Source: Octopus sinensis
Taxonomy: Eukaryota
Direction of reading: 5' to 3'
Assembly (NCBI RefSeq): GCF_006345805.1
Contig: NC_043000.1
Location: 6,200,001 to 6,264,000, forward strand
Length of the DNA stretch: 64,000 nucleotides
The notes beneath the pieces are model-generated. The model made no database searches and had not been told where the DNA came from. It was given only the letters and a program-made list of their open reading frames with translations. A program made the translations under genes and the position numbers. Positions 25,313 to 37,184 of this stretch are shown piece after piece (positions within the stretch are counted from its first letter, which is position 1; every line of letters begins with the position of its first letter).

Positions 25313-25822
25313 TTTGGTAGGCGGAAACTGGTGGACTTCTTTCCGTCTACTAAATCCATTCTCAAGGCTTTGATTGGCTCGAGACTATAATAAGAAGCAT
25401 TTGCTTAAGATGCCATGCAATTGGACTGAACCCGGAACCATGTGGTTGAGAAGTAAATTTCTTACCACACAGCCACGCCAAACCGTCATCTTTTAAACAT
25501 TTGTATTGTAAAGGTTTAGTCTAGATAAGGGTCTGCAATATTAAATTCATCTCACTTCACAGCAATAGAACTTCACTGGACTTTTCTGTGGATTGTCTGT
25601 TGTCAACGCAGACTATAACCAAAGTCCCGAGATTCTGTATCCAACGAATCGAATTTTTTTTTAATCTTTTAAGATGGTAGAGAGTAATTTGGCTGTTATT
25701 TCTAGCAAGCTAAACTTGACTCAATTTTATATTAACAGTGATAGTGGCTTACAGGCGTTAAATTAGAATTAATGAGAAACGAAAGTTGTTTAAATATAAT
25801 AATATTCACAATAATAACAAAT

Positions 25823-26700
25823 ACGATGATGATGTTGAGGGAATTTTCCCTTTCAAACGGATCTTTATGGGATTTTCCTATTCAAACGGATAAAACGCTA
25901 GAAAATAGCAATAATAGACTAGGAAAAGCTAAGTTGGTTACTAATTGATCCATCATGTCCGTTTGATTCCTTATGGAATTTACGGAGGTAGCGAGTTACC
26001 ACCCGTAACCTTTAGGTATACACAAGCTTTCAATAGTTTTTCAAATGCTGATAATCTTTCCAGTCACTAAGAGGAAAACTTTCAGTAGAAGCTCTACAGA
26101 ACATTCTGTTTCAATCTCTTTCAACCATTTACTCTTTACTCTCTTTTACTCTTTTACTTGTTTCAGTCATTTGACTGCGGCCATGCTGGAGCACCGCCTT
26201 TAGTCGAGCAACTCGACCCCGGGACTTATTCTTTTTGTAAGCCCAGTACTTATTCTATCGGTCTTTTTTGCCGAACCGCTAAGTTTTTGGTCGACCCGAG
26301 GCTATAGTAGAAGACACTTGCCCAAGGTGCCACGCAGTAGGACTGAACCCGGAACCATGTGGTTGGTAGACAAGCTACTTACCACACAGCACTCCTGCGC
26401 CTATATTTCTTGTCTATATTTCTATTCCCAATTCTCAACACACCAGTTGTTACAAGCACAACTTGTACAGTTTTCATACTCCAAATTTTTGCAATTTCAA
26501 ATTTTACAGGATTGTAACTTTTAAATTTTTCATCCGCTTTCTTTACAATCCTGGAATCAAACGGACATGACGGCTCAATTAGTAACCAACTTCACTTTTC
26601 CTTGTCTATTATTGTTATTTTCTAGCTTTTTATCCGTTTGAATATGAAAATCCCATAAAGATCAGTTTGAATGGAAAAATCCCCCCAAAATCATCATCGT
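25823..26700. mobile_element. Non-autonomous DNA element with TIRs of about 150 bp; contains a SINE A at 26130-26402 (-)
   Basis: 25823-25970 is the reverse complement of 26553-26700 (e.g. TTCAAACGGATAAAA..CTAGAAAATA vs TATTTTCTAG..TTTTATCCGTTTGAA). Confidence 0.8.
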
Positions 26701-26729
26701 CATTATTAATATTGTTATTATTATTTCAT

Positions 26730-28065
26730 GAAAACTCACAGCTTATTTTGCTGAGTTTGATAGAAAGTGTCAGCTGTCCACAGCCGGCAGACTAAGGTGA
26801 CACTGGTCATGCTTCAAGAATCCTGCAAAGAATTCTTGCAGTTCTAAGCAAAGCTGATTTTTGTAGGTGTTCTACCTTTACATTTATACCAATCATATTG
26901 AGCCATGCTGGTAGCTGAGTGCTGATACTTCCAAGTGTGCCAATTACTAATGGCACCTGGTCTACTCTCCTCATTGACCACAACCTTCGTATTTTCCACT
27001 TCAAATCGTCATAGTTGTTCATTTTTTCTCCTTTCACATCGATCTTGTTGTTACCGGAGCATGTTATGTCGATTATCATACATATTCTTATTTCTTTTTT
27101 TTCTTTCACCACAACAAAGTTCGGTTTCTGATGTCTGGTCCCTAAGCTTTTCCTGTAAGATGTCAGCTCAGTTTTCCATCCCACCATACTTCTCTTCAGG
27201 AAACACGTCACATTCCTCGCAATTCCAAACAGATCTAAGCACTCAATAATCCACGAATGGGGAATCATATCATAAGCTTTGCGATAGTCAATTCAGATCA
27301 TTCCCATATTTCTTCTCCTTTTTGTCAACATTACCATTTTATCTATCAATAGTTGATCTTTGGTATCTCCTTTTACAGTCTTTTTCTTCCGTCGGTAATA
27401 TATATCGTTCTCATCAAGAAATTAACACTGTTCTTCTGCAATTCCTCCGGACAGTAACTTCCACATTAATGGGAGGCAGAAAGTTGGTCTGTAATTGACA
27501 ACTTCTTCTTCTGCCTTTAACCCCCCAACGTGGAGTATAGGCCACTTATAATTGAATTCCATGTCGCATAATTTTTGGCTTCTGTACTTATACTCTGCCA
27601 TGAATGTCCCCCTTTCTCTAGTTCCTTTTGTGTTGATCTATGCAACGAGTTCTTAGGCCTACCTCTCTTTCTATATCCATCCGGATTCCACTGCAAAGCA
27701 CTTTTCGTTACATTTGCTGTGTCTATTCTAATTCTGCTACCAATCCACTTCCACTTTTTCTTAAATATTTGCTCCCTAATCGAAACTTCGTTTGTTCTTT
27801 GCCATAGCTCCATATTACTTATGTGTTGGGGCCATCTAATTTTAAGTATACTACGCAAGCATCTGTTGATGAATGATTGTATTTGCTTATTTGACTTAAC
27901 TGATGTAATTGACAACAGCATTTCCTTTTGATGCATCCTTCAGGTACAACACCGTTCGTCCTCATTGTTATCTTGAATTTTACAAGAACCTTTCTATCGG
28001 ACAAAACCCTTTGTAATTTTCGTCCTGTATTTTATCCTTACATCTTTCTTTGATTTTTGTTAGCC
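26730..28065 (-). mobile_element. R4/Dong-clade LINE remnant (RT N-terminal part fused by deletion to the restriction-like endonuclease)
   Basis: GRTVLYLKDASKGNAVVNY/RPTFCLPLMWKLL, IDYRKAYDMIPHSWIIECL, and the RLE end IIDITC..KMNNYDDLKW..PLVIGTLG..LQKSALL. Both flanks are (TAA)-rich. Confidence 0.75.
27503..27903 (-). mobile_element. 5'-truncated RTE LINE inserted in the R4/Dong remnant
   Basis: QSFINRCLRSILKIRWP..KWKWIG..ALQWNPDGYRKRGRPK with a (GAA)n tail. A 13-bp TSD TGTAATTGACAAC lies at 27490-27502 and 27904-27916. Confidence 0.85.
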
Positions 28066-28748
28066 CTTGTGGCCAATAAACCAGAATTAATTATTATTAT
28101 TATTATTATTAATATTATTATTTTATCTGAAACTGAGGTGTGTGTGTGAGAGAGAGAGAGAGAGACAGTGAGAGAGAGAGAGAAAGAGACAAAGGGAGTG
28201 GGAAAAACATCCAATGAGTTATTTCAACGAGAAGTAGAGCATCCGATTGAAGAGGATGTCCAGCTGACAGGTATAAGCAAGAGTCCAGAGAGGATGAAGG
28301 GAGTGAGCAGTTACACACACACAGACACGCGTGCATACACACACACACACACACAAACACACACGCACACACACACAAGTCAAAAAACAGATAATAAATG
28401 CACAAACAAAGGGAAAACAGACACAGGTCACCAACTGGTCATCACTTATCGGCCAGAAGGTCAAACACAATTTCGCGCCTTACATTAATATTGTTTCCTT
28501 CTTTCTGGTGGCGCCAGCAACAACAACAAGAAGAAGCAGCCGGGAAATGGGACGAAAACGTAACAGAAGGAGAAGGAACAAACAGGAAATGGATAAAAAT
28601 GCAACAGAGAGAAGTGGACACACGGACATGAATGGATGCGATACAAGACGAGGTCGTAAGTGGACGGCCGAGGGTTAAAGAGGAAATGAATAAACAGAAT
28701 ACGGCCTTAGGACCAGACAGACACACACACACACACACACACACACAT

Positions 28749-28912
28749 GGCGCAGCGTGGCTGTGTGGTAAGTAGCTTACTTCCGAACTACATTGTTCCG
28801 GGTTCAATCCCACTCCATGGCGCCTTCGACAAGTGTCTTCTACTATAGCCTTATGCCAACCAAAGCTTTGTGAGTGTATTTGGTAGACGGAAACTGAAAG
28901 AAGTTTCGTCGT
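28749..28912 (+). mobile_element. SINE family A, 5' half
   Basis: Head consensus. Confidence 0.8.
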
Positions 28913-29331
28913 GTGAAAGAATAAAACAATTCCAGTCAAGTTTCAAAATATTGAAATATCACCAAAGTTGTTTCCTGTTATTCTTTCAATAATGATTCGC
29001 TCTGTTCATTCGTTGTCGCCTATTTCGAAATGTATGCAATTTATAGAGACCGAAATCACAGGAGTCACCAGGGAACCACACACAACAGCTTACTGTGCGA
29101 TGCCAAGACTCAAGCAAGCACAGATTTATAAGTTTAAGCACTTGGGCTTCATTATTGATCAAACAGTAGACTGCAGAAAGAAAATCAGAGCCAGACTTTG
29201 GTGCTGGAATATCAGCGTTAAGCTCACGCAATGCAATGAGAAGAGACTGTGTCCTCAACAAAACATGAAGCTGAGGCTTTTAAAAACCCTAATCTAGTCG
29301 ATATGGATGTGAAACATGGACCCTAAGGATA

Positions 29332-29552
29332 TATTTCTTTATTGCCCACAAGGGGCTAAACATAGAGGGGACAGACAAAGGGATTAAGTCGATTATATTG
29401 ACCCAGTGCGTAACTGGTACTTAATTTATCGACCCCGAAAGGATGAAAGGCAAAGTCGACCTCGGCGGAATTTGAACTCACAACGTAACGACAGACGAAA
29501 TACTGCTAAGCATTTCGACCGGCGTGCTAACGTTTCTGCCAGCTCGCCGCCT
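29332..29552 (-). mobile_element. SINE family B, young
   Basis: Near-consensus with CpGs intact. TSD TAAGGATA at 29324-29331 and 29778-29785. Confidence 0.9.
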
Positions 29553-29556
29553 TTAA

Positions 29557-29776
29557 CCCTTTAGTATTCAAACCGGCCATATCTGGCCAAAATATTTAAC
29601 CTGTTATATATTGAAACTGACCAGATCTCACCTTTCATCTCAGCCCTACCATGTCATTCTAAAACTCAAAAATCACATCACCGAAATCTCTAAACTACAA
29701 GATAATGCATGATTAATTCAAACCATTTTAAATAAACAAGCATCACATTTGACAGAATAATCTGAACACTAAAGGG
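29557..29776. mobile_element. piggyBac-type MITE
   Basis: TTAA at 29553-29556 and 29777-29780, with TIRs CCCTTTAGTATTCA and TGAACACTAAAGGG. A degenerate reverse copy lies at about 49092-49315. Confidence 0.85.
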
Positions 29777-32023
29777 TTAAGGATAGCTGACATCGAGCAA
29801 CTAAGGGCGTTCGAGATTACGTACTACAAGCGAGCACTAATCAGTTGAGTGACCTGTGGAATAAACGATCCAATTCCGGAAGACAGGCGAGAGAAACTAT
29901 AGTCGTTGACAATGGTTATGCGACAAAAACTGCAATATTTTGGACATGTCAGGTTTTGGAACCTCTGTGTCCACGTCTATGGGAAAGATGAAAATGGAGC
30001 AATGACTTAAAGGAAATAAGCGAGGAGGACTCTGGAGTGTACAGCTGCAGCACGAGGCTACTGTGTGGTGAAGAGTTGTGGTTGTGAGCGAGGTACCGGA
30101 TTCTCAGTCATAAGGATGGGCACATATATTCATTCATTCATTTACACACGTGCACGAACACACGCACGCACACACACACAAACACACAGTGTATGTGTGG
30201 TAGCGTGCGTGTCTACGTATTTATCCTCAATAGATCCTCTTAGCGATTTTTGGTACTTCTTCGGAATCCACCCCCATAAAAAAAAACTCACAACAATTAA
30301 ATAAATAAAGCAAAAAGGTATTGTTTCACAAGCCAGTAAAATATTTTAAAGAAAGGCGACGCATTTATTTTTGACTACTTGTATATAATGTAAAAAAAAA
30401 ATGCCCGCCAGCGTCTGAAAATGTTTTGTATTAACTATTTCTTTTCAAACGTTTCACTTTTGCGTCTTAATTAGACATGAAAAAATCTATTACTGTTGAA
30501 GTGGCTTTGATTAAATCTTATTTCAAATCATTTATTTATTTTACTTTTCACGCGGTTCCTTTGTAACTTAATCCATGGCAGACAGTGTGAGGAGACTTGA
30601 GTCAATTATACACATTGCAAATATCAGAAAGGATGGCGAAGGAGAAAGAGGTTAGGGGATGGAAAAGGGCACTTGCTGAGGAGCGGAAGGAGACGAAAGA
30701 AAAACACGTACGTGACTCCTATCTATTACAGGCACCGTCTGGGAAATAACCAAGTATTGGATTTAGAGAGCGTGTAACAAAACAAGTTTTGTTTTGTTTT
30801 GTTTGTAGTGGTCCAGTGTAAATGCAGAGCTCCCAGACAGGCATTGTCATACGAATGTTATACGATATTTGCGGGCGTTTAGACATTTCTATATTGCTGG
30901 TAAATGTTACTAGGTGAAGGTATGGAACATGCAAACGTTCTTTTGCGTCACGAGTAAAAGTAAATCGATAATATAGTAATTATAAATATGTTTTAATTTA
31001 GAAGGAAAAGAGCACGAATAACATGAAAGAAAAGAAAAACTGGTGATATTTTCGAGGCTGACCTCAATCAATTTATCATTCATAGTTCTTGTAATGTTGC
31101 CAAGTATATATATATCCCTTGACAATATTTTATAATATCAATGATTATTATATATCATTACTATAATCAAACACTATATTGATGATTAAAATATTACTCC
31201 TTGTTTCAAATATTATAGACTTTTCAATCCTTTCGCTTTTGGGAATTCGAATTTATTCTTAAATCTTGGAGAGAAACTTTTTTTTTTTAATCTGGTTTAC
31301 AGTCACCAAGGGTAAGTAACTCGTGCTAAATACATAGAGTTGTCTCCTTCTGCGATAAACTCGTCTCAAACCTGTTTCTTTCTTATTTAATTTTTTATAA
31401 AGCTTACGTTTATATCAGTTAATTTTCCAGTTTGTGTGTCTTTTTGTTAACCCTGAAGACAAAGGTTCAAAGTTGGGTTCTCAGCTCTTCAGCGGTGAAA
31501 AGTTCACCCCCAACCCCGCCATACACATACTTTATTCTTAATATTGAACATAAAAGTAATTGGATTGGTAGTACCACAAGCATGCCAGTCAAAATGCTTT
31601 GCTGTATTTGTTCTCGCTTTTTACTTACTGAATTCAAATCCTGACGAGGTCAGCTTTACTTTTCAACCCTCCAGGGTCGATAAAATAAAGTACCAATCAA
31701 ATAACAGGGGCTGATTTAATCGACAATCCCTTCCCCGAATTAATCCCTTTCTAAATTAGAAACAATATTTACACTAGGACCAGACTAATTACATTTAGAG
31801 CTCATTATCAGTTCAACCAAAACACTGCTCACTTGGGGGGTAAACACTGCACAACGAAGCAATTATACAGAGAAGTCCAGATTTTACCAGACACTATCAC
31901 AGAAGGAAGCGACACTAAAAATGCAAACAAATGCCATGACAAGAAAACCCACGTAGAATTCTTGATATAATAAGAAATGATAATTCATGGGAAAAACAAT
32001 GAATTTTTTAGAGAAAGATATAT

Positions 32024-32410
32024 AGGAGCAGGCATGGCTGTGTGGTTAAAAAAACTCATTTGGTGACCACGTGGTTTCGAGTTCTGTCCCTGTGTGTGGC
32101 TCCTTAGGCAAACGTTTTCTGATATATCCAAAGACTAACCGATGCCTTGAGAGTGAATTTGGTAGGTGGGAATTGTGTAGAAGACCATCGTAAGGGGGTG
32201 GGTGGGTGTTTGTACCCCAAACCCCTAACACTTAGTAACTGGTCTTAGTTTGTTTACGTCCAAGTAACTTGGTGGTTCAGTGAAAAAGATCAATAGAATA
32301 AATTCCAGACTTAAAAAAAAAAAGAACTGCAGTTGATTTGTTTGACTAAAAACCCTTCTAGGTGGTGCTCCAGCATGACCACAATCTAATGGCTGAAACA
32401 GGTAAAATGG
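32024..32410 (+). mobile_element. SINE family A, old
   Basis: Degenerate consensus. Confidence 0.75.
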
Positions 32411-32589
32411 TAAACAAACAGATATGCATTTAAAAGAGTTTTTTTTATGTAAGCTTATTATTGAGAAGAAAATTGTGGAACTTTCGAACAATTCGGTTAT
32501 CTCAAAAACTGCATAATTTGAGAGAGCAATACAAGAGAAATGGAAGAATGAAGATTGGAAAAGCTAAAGATATTTCACAGAAATTAAAA

Positions 32590-33452
32590 CATGTGGCTGT
32601 GTGATAAGAAGTTTGTTTCCCAACCACATGATTCCTGGTAAGTGTCTTTTACAACCAAAGCCTTGTGAATGGATTTGGTAGATGGAAACTAAAAGAAACT
32701 AAAACAAGGCGACAAGCTGGCAGAACCGTTAGCACGTCAGGCGAAATGCTTAGCAGTATTTCGTCTGCCTTTACGTTCTGAGTTCAAATTCCGCCGAGGT
32801 CGACTTTGCCTTTCATCCTTTCGGGGTCGATAAATTAAGTACCAGTTACGCACTGGGGTCGACCTAATCGACTTAATCCGTTTGTCTGTCCTTGTTTGTC
32901 CCCTCTGTGTTTAGCCTCTTGTGGGCAATAAAGAAACAGGAAACTGAAAGAAGCCTCTCTCTCTCTGTGCGTGCATCCATGTGTATGTCTTTGTTTGTCT
33001 TCCTAGCGAAGGTTCGTGACTTGGGTGTTCAGGTATTCAGCTCCTGATCGTGATTTCAATATCCAGCAGCACGTTGTTCCAGTCCACTCAGTTAGCAAAA
33101 ATGAGTAGTACCTGTATTCCAAAGAACCAGACTTGTCACATCCTGTGTCACTCTGAATCTCCATGAGAATTACATTAAGGGTACGTGTGTCTGTAGAGTG
33201 CTCAGTTGCTTGCACATTAATTTCACAAGCTGGCTGTTCGGTTGATCATATCAATTGGAACCCTCATCATCATGTCTGATGGAATGCCAGTTTGTCTTGC
33301 ACCACTGTTTGACAGCCACTGTTGGTTTGTTTGTCCCCATATCTTAACAGTTCAGCAAAAGAGAATAACAAAGTACTGGGGGTTGATTTATTCTACTAAA
33401 ATTTTTTAAGGTGGTTCCTCAGCTTGGCAACAGTCTGAGTGAAACAAATACA
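32590..33452 (+). mobile_element. SINE A carrying nested SINE B (32706-32937) and SINE C (33006-33288)
   Basis: Family A segments resume after each insert. TSD-like GGAAACT(A/G)AAAGAA flanks B and GTTTGTCTT flanks C. Confidence 0.8.
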
Positions 33453-33764
33453 AGATAACACAAGGCCAATACAAAACTATTGATTAAAATAAGAGATAAG
33501 GTTTTATAGCGTTAAATTACTAAGCATAGATTTCTTACACTGAGATAGAGCCATAAAATTATAGGAGAAATTCAAACCAACACTGGTATATAACAGTCAA
33601 AATAACAGAGTCCAAGGAAACTGGTGGTGGTCTGCTTTGGTAAAAATTAGTAATACTTATTTTATTGATTTTAGCAGAGTGCTAAATGATTCTTGAAAGG
33701 TTTAAGATCAGAATGAAAAAGCAATGTAACTTAATGCAATTTCTCTGCCATTGCTCTATAACTA

Positions 33765-34410
33765 TCTTTCTCAACCCTTTTTGACCTATGGATCCCTTTG
33801 ATTCCTATTTTATTGAGGTGGTCCCTCCAAGCCGTTCAATATTTAAAAAATCTCATTGCATTTTTATAATTAAATATCATTAGGAATTATATAAAAAAAA
33901 ATGTGCTAAAATATTTTGTGTATTACTCTTTTACTTGTTTCGGTCATTTGACTGCGGCCATGCTGGAGCACTGCCTTTAGTCAAACAAATCAACCCCAGG
34001 ACTTATTCTTTGTAAGCCTAGTACTTATTCTATTGGTCTTTTTTGCTGAACCACTAAGTTACAGGGACGTAAACACACCAGCATTGGTTTTCAAGCAATG
34101 TTTGGGGGACAAACACAGACACACAAACGTATACACACACATACATATATACGATGGGCTTCTTTCAGTTTCCGTCAATCAAATTCACTCACAAGGCCTT
34201 GGTCGGCTCGAGGCTATAGTAGAAGACACTCGCTCAAGGTGCCACATAGTGGGACTGAACTCAAAACCGTGTGGTTTGTAAGCAAGCTAATTACCACACA
34301 GCCACTCCTGCACCTATAGAAGTATTTAGAATTTATTGCAGATAAATTCTAGCAACAAAATTTTATGTGAATCCTCAAGGGCCATATAGACCTCAGTTGA
34401 GAACCAATGG
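33765..34410. mobile_element. hAT MITE (same family as 35269) interrupted by SINE A at 33925-34315 (-)
   Basis: TTCTCAACC..CCTATGGATCCCTTTGATTCCTATTTT at the left end and GTTGAGAACCAATG at the right end. Confidence 0.75.
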
Positions 34411-35268
34411 TCTATAATTTCTGCCATTCTATTACTTTGCACGCGTGCACGCACAAACACACGCACGCGCATGCGTGTGTGCGTGCATGCATGAGTCTAT
34501 AAATTGGACCATAATAGTGAAAATTTCATTTTCACCATACATGACGCACATGTGCAAAAATCAAAAACGTACAAACCTAAGACAAAACAAATATTCAATT
34601 CCGATGCATTGCAGAGAAAGCAAAAGTTGAGAAAAACCAAAATTTATGCAACTGACAACATAAGCAGGTGAATTAGCGAGCACAATATCAGGAAGGAATA
34701 CAATTTCTAAAGACCATGTGAAAGATCATCTCCCTCAGTGCTCGTAACGGTAATTAGAGATGACTATTCTGACAGAAAATACATTTAGAAAAGTTTTGTT
34801 TCAAGTTACAAAGTGATGGTGATGTATTCAATCTAGCCTTTTATATGGAAGAAGATGAAGCAATTCAACAGAAAGTACAATAGCTAAATGCTTTAATACT
34901 GTACAGTAGATTTGTTAAAGTATTGGAGACATATGCACATGTGTGCACACACACAAACACAATCACCATCATCATCATCATCATAATTGTCATCACTTCC
35001 ACCACCACTATCATCATCATTAGTCCATTTTTCATGCTCTCAGGTTGTCAAAGTCCAAATAAATTCTTCTTAGGAACCACTGTTGTGTTATTTTGACTGG
35101 GTTTCTATGGCTTGATGCCCTTCATAACACCAACCACTTTACAGAGTGTACTTGAAGCACTTTCCAATGATACCAATATTAATAAGGCTGTTGTGTCCTC
35201 AGTGAGACAGGAGCAAAGGGACTTCACAACCCTACTTTTCCTTTGCTCACATCCCAATTCCTCTAGAG

Positions 35269-35581
35269 CAGGGATCCTCAACTATTTTTTTACCTATGGA
35301 CCATTTTGATCCCTATTTCACTTAGGTTGACCCCCATAACCATTCAATGTTTAAATAATCCTATTGTATTTTTATAATTAAATATTATTAGGACTTGTAT
35401 AAAAAATTATAAAATTATTTTGTGTATTGTGGCTGGATAACCAGTTTAGTGCACATAAACTTAACTGGTCTGAGGCACAATTTTTTCATGGTCTCTGAAA
35501 AATTACCATGGTCTCCCAATTTACTATATTGCATCCATGGACCCTGCAAAATCTTATATGGACCTTGGTTGAGAACCCTTG
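35269..35581. mobile_element. hAT (Charlie-like) MITE
   Basis: Perfect 8-bp TSD CTCTAGAG at 35261-35268 and 35582-35589. TIRs CAGGGATCCTCAAC and GTTGAGAACCCTTG. Confidence 0.85.
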
Positions 35582-36291
35582 CTCTAGAGGTTGTATGGAG
35601 GAAGACCTTTTGCCATGGCAGCAGCAGCAGCAGCATAGAAATGGGTAACTTGCATATTTGATCTTTGTAAAAACTACCCTAAGTCATGCACTTTTACCCA
35701 GATAATATGACCAAGGAAGAGGAAAGAGAGAGAGAGAGAGAGATAAAGAGAGCAATGTCAGTAGAAAAGCCAAAATGAGTGAATGAAAGGAGAGAGAGAG
35801 AGAGAGAGAGAGAGGGTCATTGAGTTGAAATCAGGAGAGAGTGATGGACAATAGCAGAGGTGGACAAAGGTAAGGGTAGGTAACAGATGACAAAAGAAGT
35901 GGCCTAGGGAAGAGTGAGTGATGACTGGCAGTATAGAAAGGGTAAACTTAAAGTATATTGGGTACAAGAGGTTCAATGCAGTCTGTTATACATAGGCCTA
36001 ATGAAGGGTGAGAGACACAGCTTGATGAGGATGGAGGTATGTGAGAAGTGAATGCTGTTAGACACCAAATCTTTTGACACCGTGAGAGTAGCACAAATGA
36101 GTAATGAAGGGATGAGTTAAGTGATGAAGACATTGCTGAAAGAGGGAGGCGGGCAACAGATTGATGAATGCAGTAGTGGTCAAAGGTATGGGGGATGCAG
36201 GGATACAATCAAATATAGGCTTGGGAGGATACAAATATATGCACACACATACATACACGTGCGCAGACACACACACACACAAGCCTGCTTC

Positions 36292-36452
36292 TCATTTGAC
36301 TGTGGCCATGCTGGAGCACCACCTTTAGCCAAGCAAATCAACCCCAGGACTTATTCTTTGTAAACCTAGTACTTATTCTATCAGTCTCTTTTGCCGAACT
36401 GCTAAGTTACATGGACGTAAATACACCAGCATCGGTTGTCAAGCTATGTTGG

Positions 36453-36487
<35 letters not shown>

Positions 36488-36638
36488 CATATATACAACA
36501 GGCTTCTTTCAGCTTCTGTCTACCAAATCCACTCTACTATAGTAGAAGATACTTTCCCAAGGTGCCACGTAGCGGGACTGAACCCAGAACCAAGAGGTTC
36601 ATAAGCAAGCTACTTACCACGCAGCCACTCCAATGCCT
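36292..36638 (-). mobile_element. SINE family A
   Basis: Family A consensus. Confidence 0.85.
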
Positions 36639-36694
36639 ATGAAAATATTTGACTTCATTAAAAAAATTAATAATAGTAATGGTTTATAATTTAA

Positions 36695-37175
36695 GTACAA
36701 GGAGTAATTTTGAGGAGAGGGGATCAATCAATACCATCGACCCCAGTGTATGACTAGTACTTTATTTTATTGATCCCAGGGAAATGAAAGGTAAAGTTGA
36801 TCCTGGTAGGAATTGAACTCGGAATGTAAAGTTGATCCTGGTAGGAATTGAACTCGGAATGTGAAGTTGATCCTGGTAGGAATTGAACTCGAACAAATAC
36901 CACAAAGCATTTTTAATGATGCTCTAATGAATCTGCCAGCCTTAGTAAATAATTATTTCTACAATGAGCACAAGGCCTGAAATGTGTTGGCGGGAGTGGT
37001 GGGAGGCTAGTTTGTTGCATTGATTCCAGTGTTCAGCTGGTACTTGTTTTATTGATTCCAAACAGATGAAAAGCAAAGTCGACCTTGGCAAAATTTGAGC
37101 TCAAAACATAGAGTGCTGGAAGAGAGGTCATTCAGCATTTTATCTCGGATGCTAATGATTCTGTCAGCTACCACC
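36695..37175 (-). mobile_element. Two SINE family B copies
   Basis: Meta-like core. One copy has an internal 35-bp triplication. Confidence 0.75.
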
Positions 37176-37184
37176 TTTCTTTTA

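Larger units (their letters stand above)
29125..29955 (+). mobile_element. Old RTE ORF2 remnant, interrupted at 29332-29780
   Basis: FKHLGFII..IRARL..KLRLLKTLI..YGCETWT before the insertions and LRAFEI..RQKLQYFGHV after. Confidence 0.65.

Noticed and set aside
35860-36220. Penelope GIY-YIG or LINE remnant
   Set aside because: The composition is suggestive, but no diagnostic motif could be read.
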